Shown here piece after piece: positions 20,325-31,183 of a stretch of 64,000 bases of DNA (positions within the stretch are counted from its first letter, which is position 1; the number at the start of each line of letters is the position of its first letter). The notes under the pieces were generated by a model. The model had not been told where the DNA came from, ran no database searches, and worked only from the letters and a program-made list of their open reading frames with translations. Origin of the DNA: an uncultured Gemmatimonadaceae bacterium (GTDB lineage: Bacteria; Gemmatimonadota; Gemmatimonadetes; Gemmatimonadales; Gemmatimonadaceae). The stretch is from assembly GCA_963817955.1 (NCBI GenBank), contig CAWFQK010000002.1, positions 800,001 through 864,000 of the forward strand, in the 5' to 3' direction. Made by a program: the position numbers and the translations under genes.

Positions 20325-20573
20325 CTATGCCGCGGACGCCTTCTCCGTGACGACGCGGACGGTGTTGTCCACGACCTGGAGAAAGCCGCCGTCAACGTTG
20401 AACTGCTGTGCGCTCTGCGTGCCGAGGCGCAGCACGCCCTTGCCCAGCAGCGTCATCATCGGCGCATGGCCGGTGAGGATGCCCACTTCGCCGTCGAACG
20501 CCGGAGCGACGACCGAATCCGTCGTACCTTCGTACAGCACCGCTTCCGGCGAGATCACCGTGACTTTGAGCAC
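20325..20573 (-). CDS. atpC: ATP synthase F1 epsilon subunit (82 aa, beta-sandwich domain only)
   Basis: VISPE, GEVGILTGHAPMMTLLGKG, VDGGFLQV. Confidence 0.93.
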   Translation of the reverse strand: MLKVTVISPEAVLYEGTTDSVVAPAFDGEVGILTGHAPMMTLLGKGVLRLGTQSAQQFNVDGGFLQVVDNTVRVVTEKASAA

Positions 20574-20584
20574 GAAGCCTCCGC

Positions 20585-22873
<2,289 letters not shown>

Positions 22874-22881
<8 letters not shown>

Positions 22882-24463
22882 TGCGAGGCGTAGCTCGTGT
22901 CGCCGTCTGCTTGAATGCCTCGATGCCACGTTTGAGATCGGCCTCGAGCTCCTTCGTCAGCACCTTGCCAGTGCGGAGGCCATCGCCCACCTGCGGGTAG
23001 CTCTTCGCCATGAACTCGTGGAAACCCGTCTCCCACGCGCGCACGCCCGCCACCGGTACATCGTCGATGAAGCCGTTGGTCACGGCGTAGATGATCATGA
23101 TCTGCTGCTCGACCGGCATTGGCTGGTACTGGCCCTGCTTGAGCACCTCCACCGTGCGCGCGCCGCGATCGAGCTGGCGGCGTGTGGCAGCGTCCAGATC
23201 CGAGGCGAACGCCGAGAATGCTTCGAGCTCGCGGAACTGCGCGAGGTCGAGACGCAGACGACCGGCCACCGTCTTCATCGCCTTGATCTGCGCGGAACCA
23301 CCGACGCGCGATACCGAAATGCCCGCGTTGATCGCGGGACGAACGCCGGCGAAGAACAGGTCGGACTCGAGGAAGATCTGGCCGTCGGTGATCGAGATGA
23401 CGTTCGTCGGGATGTACGCCGAAACGTCGCCTGCCTGTGTTTCAATGATTGGCAGCGCCGTGAGCGAGCCGCCCGGCTTGAGGATGTTCTTCCCATCCAC
23501 CACGCTCGGGTCTTCGCTCAGCTTGGCGGCGCGCTCGAGCAGGCGCGAGTGGAGATAGAACACGTCGCCCGGGAACGCCTCGCGTCCCGGAGGCCGACGG
23601 AGCACGAGCGAGAGCTGGCGATACGCGGCGGCCTGCTTCGACAGGTCGTCGTAGACGCACAACGTCGGCTTGCCCTCATTGTACATGAAGTACTCGGCCA
23701 TCGAGCAACCCGAGTAGGGTGCGATGTACTGCATTGGAGCCGGATCGGACGCCGACGCGACGACGACGATCGTGTACTCCATCGCGCCCGATTGCTTGAG
23801 GCGCTCAACGACGGAGGCAACGGTGGACGCCTTCTGGCCGATGGCGACGTAGACGCAGATGACGCCCTGGCCCTTCTGGTTGATGATCGTGTCGACCGCC
23901 ACGGCGGTCTTGCCGATGCCGCGGTCGCCGATGATCAGTTCGCGCTGTCCGCGACCGATCGGGATCATGGAATCAATGGCCTTGATGCCCGTCTGCAGCG
24001 GTTCCTTCACCGGCTGGCGGACGATGATACCCGGCGCGCCCGATTCCACCTTGCGGGTGGTGGTGGCGTTGATTTCGCCGGCACCATCGATGGGAAGGCC
24101 CAGCGCATCCACGACCCGGCCGATGAGTTCCGGACCGACCGGCACCTCGAGCACGCGACTGGTGCGGCGAACCTCGTCGCCTTCCTTGAGCTGCAAGTAG
24201 TCACCGAGAACGACGGAGCCGATGTTGTCCTCTTCGAGGTTCAACGCGAGCGCCGTAACCTTATTCCCCGTCTCGGACGACGTGATTTCGAGCATCTCGC
24301 CGGCCATGGCCTTGAGGAGGCCGTAGATGCGGGCAATGCCGTCTTTGACTTCGAGAACGGTGCCTACCTCTTCGACATCGAGCTCGTGGAGGTCGGCGGC
24401 TTCGATCTCGCGAAGGAGAATGTCCTTGATCTCGCCGGGGCGGAGTGTGGTGTCAGTTGCCAT
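22874..24463 (-). CDS. atpA: ATP synthase F1 alpha subunit
   Basis: [40 protein letters not shown]. Confidence 0.99.
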
Positions 24464-24615
24464 CGGTAATAGAAGGAAAGCGGACAGCGTGAAGGGTGTC
24501 TTACCAGCTTGTGAAAAATATCACAAGGAGGGCACCCGCGGCAAGCCGCGCCATTCCCTCCCTGTATGCAACGGATCGGTGGTGCTCGTCGGCCTCGCGG
24601 CCCCATCTTATCCGC

Positions 24616-25011
24616 ATGGCAGGGAGCATGCGGGACCTTAAAATCTGGCAGGAATCCGTGGCCCTCGCCGCCGACGTTGTCCGTTCGGCCCGCCAGAGCG
24701 CCCGGCGTGAGACCAAGGTCATCTCCGACCAGATCATGCTCAGCGCCCTCGCCGCCGCCACCACCATCGCGGACGCCTATGGACGATACACCAACCAGGA
24801 ACAGCGGCAACTGTACCGTGCTGCCAAACGTGAACTCATGCGCTTGGAGACGCAACTCGCTGTCGCGCGCCAAGCCGACCTCATCTCTTCGGCCACCCAC
24901 GCCGACCTCACAAGCCGCATCCAGGGCGTGAGCCGACTGCTGGGCGGGTACCTGGTCTACCTCGAGCGGCAGTTGAGTCAGGAAGCTGAAGCTACTCCGG
25001 GGCGCGGGTAG
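24616..25011 (+). CDS. Four-helix-bundle protein (23S-IVS protein / Avd-like family), divergent
   Basis: RDLKIWQESVAL, DQIMLSA..TIADAYGR (canonical NIAEG), LETQLAVA, SRLLGG. Confidence 0.8.
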   Translation: MAGSMRDLKIWQESVALAADVVRSARQSARRETKVISDQIMLSALAAATTIADAYGRYTNQEQRQLYRAAKRELMRLETQLAVARQADLISSATHADLTSRIQGVSRLLGGYLVYLERQLSQEAEATPGRG

Positions 25012-25036
25012 AGGATCAGGCTGCGGGTAGGGATTG

Positions 25037-25861
25037 TCAGTGCCCCCTACTCCTCCCGTGCCCTTTCACGAACCGCTCGATCAAGTCGACGGTGCGGAGT
25101 CTGGTGAGAGACGTCGGCTTTGTGCCGACGACGCGCATGGTGCTGCTCGACAAATGCGAAGACGACGCGAAACCGAGCACGTTGGCGACGTCGCGCAGAT
25201 CGTAACCGGGGTTCTTCGCCAACTCCGCCGCAGCGACGATGCGAACCAGATCGATGATCCGCTTCAGGTTCGGCGCGCCACCCGCGGCGAACGAGCGGCT
25301 GAGATGTTCGCGCGTCACCTTCAACGCCTGCGCCAGCGCCGACGTCCGCACCGGTCGACCAGCGTGCGACACGATGAACTGCCATGCGTCGTGTTGGAGC
25401 CGTGTGTCGAGTGCCAACGCCTTTGGCGGCGCGTTGAGCGCACGAGCGAAGCGGGTGGAGAAACTGAGGTGCATCACGATATCACGCGCCGCACTATCAT
25501 CCACGCTATCCACGAGCACATCAGCGAATTCGCACCGTGCACACTGTGCGAGCGCCGGTCCTTCGGCGGCGTGCAGCGAAACAAGCCCGAAAAAGGGAAT
25601 GCTCGGGAAATCGCGGGCGCGCGACGCCACGCGCCAGGTGTCTTCCTGCGCACCGCCCACGTCCACCACGGCCGCGTCGACCAGGTTGTCCTTGAACGCC
25701 GCCTCGAAGTCATCGTGTGTGCGCGTCAGCAGCAGGCGCGCCCGTCGCCGCGGGAACGCGGCTTTCATCAGGGTCCGCGCGCGTTCGCGCTGCGCATAGA
25801 CCACAATGGCCGGTGCGCCCGCAGCCAGCGCGGCAGGTGCCGGTGCGCTGGTTTCTGTCAT
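25037..25861 (-). CDS. AraC-type HTH regulator with receiver-like N-terminal domain
   Basis: LAQALKVTREHLSRSF and LRDVANVLGFASSSHLS; ATGA overlap with the NUDIX gene. Confidence 0.85.
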   Translation of the reverse strand: MTETSAPAPAALAAGAPAIVVYAQRERARTLMKAAFPRRRARLLLTRTHDDFEAAFKDNLVDAAVVDVGGAQEDTWRVASRARDFPSIPFFGLVSLHAAEGPALAQCARCEFADVLVDSVDDSAARDIVMHLSFSTRFARALNAPPKALALDTRLQHDAWQFIVSHAGRPVRTSALAQALKVTREHLSRSFAAGGAPNLKRIIDLVRIVAAAELAKNPGYDLRDVANVLGFASSSHLSSSTMRVVGTKPTSLTRLRTVDLIERFVKGHGRSRGH

Positions 25862-26304
25862 GCTGACGCCGACGATGCAACGATCATCTCTTGCGCCCGG
25901 CGAAGCACCTCGCGCGCATTGACATAGGAGATCAGCGTCTTCGCCTCTTCAAAAGGCGTCCAGCGACAAGCGGTGATTCCTTCAGCGTGTTGCGGTGATG
26001 TCGACGACTCGACGGTCTCCATCAAAAAGAAGTAGCACACCTTGTGGATGAGTTGACCGCGAAAGCGAAAGAACCAGTCGATCGTCTCGATCGAGCCACG
26101 CACGACCAGTCCAGACAAGCCCGTTTCCTCGGCGACCTCACGGAGGGCAGCCGCTTCCGGCGCCTCACCGTCTTCGAGATGGCCTTTTGGAAAGCCCCAG
26201 TTCTGGTAGCTGTCGCGAATCAATAAGAAGAGCGGCTGCCCGCTGTCGAGGCGAAACACGACACCCCCTGCCGATGTCTCGGCGCGTGCGGTGCCGCGAG
26301 TCAT
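25858..26304 (-). CDS. NUDIX hydrolase (Ap4A hydrolase-like)
   Basis: SAGGVVF, WGFPKGHLEDGEAPEAAALREVAEETG. Confidence 0.93.
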   Translation of the reverse strand: MTRGTARAETSAGGVVFRLDSGQPLFLLIRDSYQNWGFPKGHLEDGEAPEAAALREVAEETGLSGLVVRGSIETIDWFFRFRGQLIHKVCYFFLMETVESSTSPQHAEGITACRWTPFEEAKTLISYVNAREVLRRAQEMIVASSASA

Positions 26305-27062
26305 CAGACAGCCTGCTCCGCCGGTTCCGGCTCGATCGTTGGTTTGCCTTCAATGAACTGCCGCACGATAGGGTCGTGCGTGTGCTGGATCTCGCTGACC
26401 GTGCCGACCTGCCGCACGCGGCCCTGATAGAGCATGGCGATGCGCGTGCCGACGGTGTATGCGCTCCGCATGTCGTGCGTGATGACGATGCCCGTCACGC
26501 CGAGCCGGTCGCGCATGCGCACCATGAGCTGATCGATGACGGCACTCGTCACCGGATCGAGTCCAGTGGTCGGCTCATCGTAGAGGATGTACTTGGGGCG
26601 CAACGCGACCGCACGGGCAATGCCGACGCGTTTCCGCATGCCCCCAGACAGCTCGGCCGGAAAGCGATTCTCGACGTTCGGCAAGTCGACGAGATCGAGC
26701 GCTTCGTGTACCCGGGTCTCGATTTCTTTCTCGGTGAGCTCCTGCTGCTTGCGGAGGCCCATGGCCACGTTCTCACCGATGGTGAACGAGTCGAAGAGCG
26801 CCGCGAACTGAAAGACGTAGCCGATGCGGGCGCGGAGCTTGTACAGATCGCGGCGCGACAGCTTGGGCACCTCGAAATCATCGACAATCACCTGGCCTGC
26901 ATCGGGTTCGAGCAAGCCGACGATGTGCTTGATGGCGACAGACTTGCCGCTGCCCGAGTAGCCGATGATGACCATCGTCTCCCCTTCGACGACGTCGAGG
27001 CTGAACCCCTCGAGCACGCTCTTGGGTCCGAATGCTTTATAGATGTCGATGAGGCGGATCAT
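26304..27062 (-). CDS. mlaF: ABC ATP-binding protein, MlaF/Mkl/Ttg2A family
   Basis: GYSGSGKS, FQFAALFDS, PAELSGGMRKRV, YDEPTTGLDP, ITHD. Confidence 0.88.
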   Translation of the reverse strand: MIRLIDIYKAFGPKSVLEGFSLDVVEGETMVIIGYSGSGKSVAIKHIVGLLEPDAGQVIVDDFEVPKLSRRDLYKLRARIGYVFQFAALFDSFTIGENVAMGLRKQQELTEKEIETRVHEALDLVDLPNVENRFPAELSGGMRKRVGIARAVALRPKYILYDEPTTGLDPVTSAVIDQLMVRMRDRLGVTGIVITHDMRSAYTVGTRIAMLYQGRVRQVGTVSEIQHTHDPIVRQFIEGKPTIEPEPAEQAV

Positions 27063-27224
27063 GGGCGCGAAACGGGATTCGGGACATCAGGATCGACGCG
27101 AGTCACGCGACACGCGACGTCCCCGTTTCAGAAATGTGATCTTGAACGGCGGTCGTGGCTAGGGCGATGGTCACGGTGGGTATACGAAAGAAGAGTCTTC
27201 GGGGAAATGAGTGGGCGAATTGCT

Positions 27225-27630
27225 TGTCATCCTGAGCGACGGCCTGTCATTCTGAGCGAAGCGAAGGATCTCGGTGACCAGTTGAACAGCTTTTAACGCA
27301 GAGGTCGCAGAGCACTGCAAGAGGACGCAGAGAACTGCAGAGAACTATAAGGACCGTGAAGGATTCTCTCGCCTGGAAGTCTTGGCTGACGCCCTCGTGA
27401 CGCTCGGATGGTATCGCCCAGGTCGGGATCATCAACGATATAGGCGGAGTGATTGTGGACTCGGCAATCACGGTTCATTCCACCTACACCCGCTTCCCTC
27501 TGCAGTTCTCTTGCAGTCCTCCTGCAGTTCTCCTGCAGTTCTCTGCGTCCTCTGCGTTAATAGCTGTTCAACTGGTCACCGAGATCCTTCGCTTCGCTCA
27601 GAATGACAGGCCGTCGCTCAGGATGACAGC
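27225..27630. mobile_element. Family A palindromic element, copy 2 (core inverted relative to copy 1)
   Basis: ~80-bp IR 27225-27304 / 27549-27628 with 1 mismatch; core ~27351-27500. Confidence 0.85.
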
Positions 27631-27663
27631 CGCTTCGCCCACCTATTTCCGCGAGGACCCCCG

Positions 27664-27699
27664 AAAGAAAAACGGGGCCGGCATCTCTGCCGGCCCCGT
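27664..27699 (-). terminator. Intrinsic terminator of the sigma factor gene
   Basis: acggggccggca-tctc-tgccggccccgt with A-tract on + strand. Confidence 0.85.
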
Positions 27700-27717
27700 C
27701 TCATGTCTCGTCTGTCG

Positions 27718-28605
27718 TTACGCGGCGAAGCTGCCCAGCGCGCGACCGACGTCGCCCTCGCGGAGGCGCTTGAGTGCGCGGTCGCGAAGCTGGCGGACGC
27801 GTTCCCGCGTGACGCCGAGCATCGAGCCGATTTCCTCGAGTGTGTGCTCACGACCACCCTCGAGGCCGAAGTAGAGCCGAAGGACCTTTGCGTCGCGTGG
27901 CGGGAGCGTGCTGAGAGCCTGCTCGATCTCGTCGGTGAGGAACCGGTTCATGGCTTCCTCTTCGGTATCGGGCATCTCGTCGGCAACGAACCGCTCGATG
28001 AGCGACCGATCGCCTTCCGGATCCATTGGCGCGTCGAGGCGCACGTCGCTCGTGTTGAGCGCCGCGAGCGACTGCACGACGTCCACCGACAGACCGGTGA
28101 GCTGCGAGAGCTCCTCCGGGCTGGGCTCGCGATTCAGCTTCTGGCGCAGGATTTCCGACGCCTTGATGATTCTCGAAAGATCCGCAGTGCGGTTCAGTGG
28201 CACACGGACGGTGCGACCCTGGCGCGCCAGCGCCGACAGAATGGCCTGCCGAATCCACCATACGGCGTACGAAATGAACTTGACGCCCTGGTCGGGATCG
28301 AACTTCCTGGCAGCCGTCAACAAGCCGACGTTGCCCTCACCAATGAGATCGATGAGCGGCAATCCGCGGTTCTGATACTTTTTGGCAACGGAGATGACGA
28401 AACGCAGGTTGCGCTTGACGAGCTCCTGGAGGGCGTCTTGATCGCCAGCGCGAATCTTCTTCGCCAAGTCGATCTCTTCGGTTCCCTTGAGGAGGGGATA
28501 CGTGCTCACCTCGTAGAGGTACTGGTCGAGAATATCTCGCTCCGGTTCGTTCGGCGCGATTCCGGCTGGAGCCGCGCGGCGGCGACGGCGCTTGAGTTCG
28601 GTCAT
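27718..28605 (-). CDS. RNA polymerase sigma-70 factor, RpoD/SigA-like without region 1.1
   Basis: NLRFVISVAKKYQNRGL, DLIGEGNVGL, KFISYAVWWIRQAI, TLEEIGSMLGVTRERVRQ. Confidence 0.95.
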   Translation of the reverse strand: MTELKRRRRRAAPAGIAPNEPERDILDQYLYEVSTYPLLKGTEEIDLAKKIRAGDQDALQELVKRNLRFVISVAKKYQNRGLPLIDLIGEGNVGLLTAARKFDPDQGVKFISYAVWWIRQAILSALARQGRTVRVPLNRTADLSRIIKASEILRQKLNREPSPEELSQLTGLSVDVVQSLAALNTSDVRLDAPMDPEGDRSLIERFVADEMPDTEEEAMNRFLTDEIEQALSTLPPRDAKVLRLYFGLEGGREHTLEEIGSMLGVTRERVRQLRDRALKRLREGDVGRALGSFAA

Positions 28606-28796
28606 GGTGCTGTTTGCCTCGGCGCTAAGGGCGCGTTGGAGTCGTCATCTATAAAGCGGCGGTCACAGTCCAGGCACCGCGTCGCTACGGGAATGTTGCT
28701 GTGCGCGGCGTTTATTGCCTCGCAGCGCCTTCGACGCGAGTCGCTCGAAGGCGCTGCAAAATACCGGCCTGTCAGATTTTCGCCAGTCCCAATTCG

Positions 28797-28825
28797 TTGA
28801 CACTCGGTATACCCTCGGCTATACT
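28797..28825 (+). promoter_or_regulatory. sigma70 promoter for tRNA-Ala/Gly/Val
   Basis: TTGACA-17 bp-TATACT, ~44 nt upstream of tRNA-Ala. Confidence 0.85.
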
Positions 28826-28868
28826 TGGGGGTTCCTGGCGGCTAGGGTTGGCAGTAGCGTTGGGACGA

Positions 28869-28941
<73 letters not shown>

Positions 28942-29048
28942 TGGCGTGGCAGTTGGGTGTTGGGCGCCGCGTCGAATTACCTCGGAAGCTTGCCGGCACG
29001 GGTCGTGGGCGAGACCGTCGCCTTCCGAGTTCCGGTTTGACATGAGTT

Positions 29049-29121
29049 GCGGGAATAGCTCAGTTGGTAGAGCACAACCTTGCCAAGGTTGGGGTCGCGG
29101 GTTCGAGTCCCGTTTCCCGCT
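29049..29121 (+). tRNA. tRNA-Gly(GCC)
   Basis: GCGGGAA...TTCCCGC-T, anticodon GCC. Confidence 0.97.
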
Positions 29122-29126
29122 TTGTT

Positions 29127-29200
29127 GGGCGGTTAGCTCAGTTGGTTAGAGCGCCACGTTGACATCGTGGAGGTCACAAGTTCGAGTCTTGTACCGCCCA
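29127..29200 (+). tRNA. tRNA-Val(GAC)
   Basis: GGGCGGT...ACCGCCC-A, CCACG-TTGACAT-CGTGG. Confidence 0.97.
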
Positions 29201-29202
29201 TT

Positions 29203-29230
29203 ACCCTGCGGGTTGACCGCGGGGTTTTTT
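29203..29230 (+). terminator. Intrinsic terminator after tRNA-Val
   Basis: accctgcgg-gttga-ccgcggggt followed by T-tract. Confidence 0.85.
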
Positions 29231-29298
29231 GTGGGGAGTGTTCGCCGATCAGTTTCCGAATGTTGCTGGTTTCAGCAGCGAAGAACAGCTCGCTGACC

Positions 29299-29327
29299 TT
29301 GACTCAAGTTTCACTCGGAAATAGCTT
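29299..29327 (+). promoter_or_regulatory. Probable sigma70 promoter for tRNA-Arg/Pro
   Basis: TTGACT-17 bp-TAGCTT. Confidence 0.6.
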
Positions 29328-29404
29328 TGCGGTCTGTACGCGAATCACTGAACATGTGATCTTCGTATGGCGCTCTCAGCCGCTTCGGCGGCAGTCGTGA
29401 TCAG

Positions 29405-29478
29405 GCGCCCATAGCTCAATTGGATAGAGCATCTGACTACGGATCAGAAGGTTGGAGGTTCGAGTCCTTCTGGGCGCG
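29405..29478 (+). tRNA. tRNA-Arg(ACG)
   Basis: GCGCCCA...TGGGCGC-G, TCTGA-CTACGGA-TCAGA. Confidence 0.97.
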
Positions 29479-29517
29479 TCCGTAAATGACAGTACGTTGC
29501 TGAGTGATGAGGTTCGG

Positions 29518-29591
29518 CGGGGCGTAGCTTAGCCCGGTAGAGCGCCTGCTTCGGGAGCAGGAGGTCGCTGGTTCGAATCCAGTCGCCCCGA
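29518..29591 (+). tRNA. tRNA-Pro(CGG)
   Basis: CGGGGCG...CGCCCCG-A, CCTGC-TTCGGGA-GCAGG. Confidence 0.97.
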
Positions 29592-29600
29592 CTCATAGAT

Positions 29601-29639
29601 AAAACGGTCACGTCGTGATTTTACGACGTGACCGTTTTT
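29601..29639. terminator. Bidirectional terminator between tRNA-Pro and the PAS kinase
   Basis: aaaacggtcacgtcgt...acgacgtgaccgttttt long hairpin; the kinase stop codon lies inside it. Confidence 0.85.
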
Positions 29640-31176
29640 CTTGTCCACCACCACCCGCCTGCACCCCCGGAAGATTCAGCATGAAGGTGGACCCCTGTCC
29701 AACCGTGCTCCGGACCGTCACGTCGCCACCCATGGCCCGCGCCAACTCGCGACTGATCGCCAGCCCCAAACCTGTTCCTTCATGTTGCGACGTCAGCGAA
29801 CGGCCCACCTGCACGAATGCGTCGAAGATCGCCGCCAGCTTGTCCGCAGGAACGCCGATGCCGTCGTCCTCCACCGCCAGCGTACACCGGTCGCCGGTGC
29901 GATCACAGCTCACCTGCACGTGGCCACCTGGCTTGGTAAACTTGACGGCGTTCGACAACAGATTGAGAAGGATCTGCTCGACTTTCTGCCGATCGGCGCA
30001 GGCCACGACATCGCGTACACACGCCACGCGTCGCACGACCACGCCTTTGGCGCGCGCCTGCGGCTCGATCAACGGCACCATGGCGTCGATGACTTCCGAT
30101 AGCGAAACGGGCGCCAGATCGTACGCCAATTGTCCCGCTTCGATCCGCCCGAGATTCAGCAGGTCGTTGATGATTCCGAGCAAGTGCTGCTGGCTGGCGC
30201 GAATGCGATCGAGATACTGCTCCTGCTGCGGGCTCACGGCGCCAGCGGCGCCCATCGCAAGCAAGTCGGCGTAGCCGCCAATCGCGTTCAGCGGCGTGCG
30301 CAGCTCGTGCGACATCGCCGTGAGGAACTCGCTCTTCGCGCGGTTCGCGGCCTCCACTTCGGCAATGCGACGAGCATCGGCCAGCGATCGCTCCTGGGCT
30401 GCACGGCGTTCGGTGAGATCGCGCGTCACCTTGGCGAATCCCACCAGTGTGCCCGTGGAATCTCGAAGCGCCGTGATCACGACATTCGCCCAAAACCGCG
30501 TGCCATCCTTTCGCAAACGCCAGCCTTCGTCCTCCAGTCGGCCCTCGTCGCTGGCCACCTCCAACTCCCACTTCGGTTTGCCCCATGCCAGGTCTTCGGC
30601 GGGATAGAACGCGGAGAAGTGTTGTCCGACGATCTCACCCACCGTGTACCCCATGATCCTGTGCGCCCCTTCGTTCCAGCTCAGCACTCGGCCATCAACG
30701 TCGAGCATGAAGATGCCGTAGTCCTTCACGCTCTGGATGATGAGCCGAGACCGCGCTTCGCTCTGGCGCAGCTCCTCGTCCGCGAGACGCTGGAGCGTGA
30801 GGTCGCGCGTGACATTGGCAAACCCGAGCAGCGCGCCGTTCTCGTCGTGCAACGTGGTCACCACCACGTTGGCCCAGAACCGTGAGCCGTCCTTCCGAAC
30901 CCGCCACCCTTCCTCTTCCATCGAGCCGCGGGCTGTAGCCTCGCGCAGTTCCCACTCCGGGTTGCCGGAGGCAATTGCCTCCGGCGGATAGAACTGCGAC
31001 CAGTGGTGTCCGATGATCTCTTCTGCGCGATATCCATTGATGCTCTCGGCGCCCGCATTCCACGTCACGACATTGCCGTTCACATCGAGCGCAAAGATGG
31101 CGTAGTCGCGAACCGAATCGACGAGGATGCGGAAGAGTTCGTTCGAAGCCGACAATCGCGCCGCGATATCCGTCAT
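29608..31176 (-). CDS. PAS-PAS sensor histidine kinase (cytoplasmic)
   Basis: Two PAS/PAC repeats (DYAIF..EGWRVRKDGSRFWANV), MSHELRTPL, NLLSNAVKF, GTGLGL. Confidence 0.95.
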   Translation of the reverse strand: MTDIAARLSASNELFRILVDSVRDYAIFALDVNGNVVTWNAGAESINGYRAEEIIGHHWSQFYPPEAIASGNPEWELREATARGSMEEEGWRVRKDGSRFWANVVVTTLHDENGALLGFANVTRDLTLQRLADEELRQSEARSRLIIQSVKDYGIFMLDVDGRVLSWNEGAHRIMGYTVGEIVGQHFSAFYPAEDLAWGKPKWELEVASDEGRLEDEGWRLRKDGTRFWANVVITALRDSTGTLVGFAKVTRDLTERRAAQERSLADARRIAEVEAANRAKSEFLTAMSHELRTPLNAIGGYADLLAMGAAGAVSPQQEQYLDRIRASQQHLLGIINDLLNLGRIEAGQLAYDLAPVSLSEVIDAMVPLIEPQARAKGVVVRRVACVRDVVACADRQKVEQILLNLLSNAVKFTKPGGHVQVSCDRTGDRCTLAVEDDGIGVPADKLAAIFDAFVQVGRSLTSQHEGTGLGLAISRELARAMGGDVTVRSTVGQGSTFMLNLPGVQAGGGGQEKRSRRKITT

Positions 31177-31183
31177 CTCAGAG

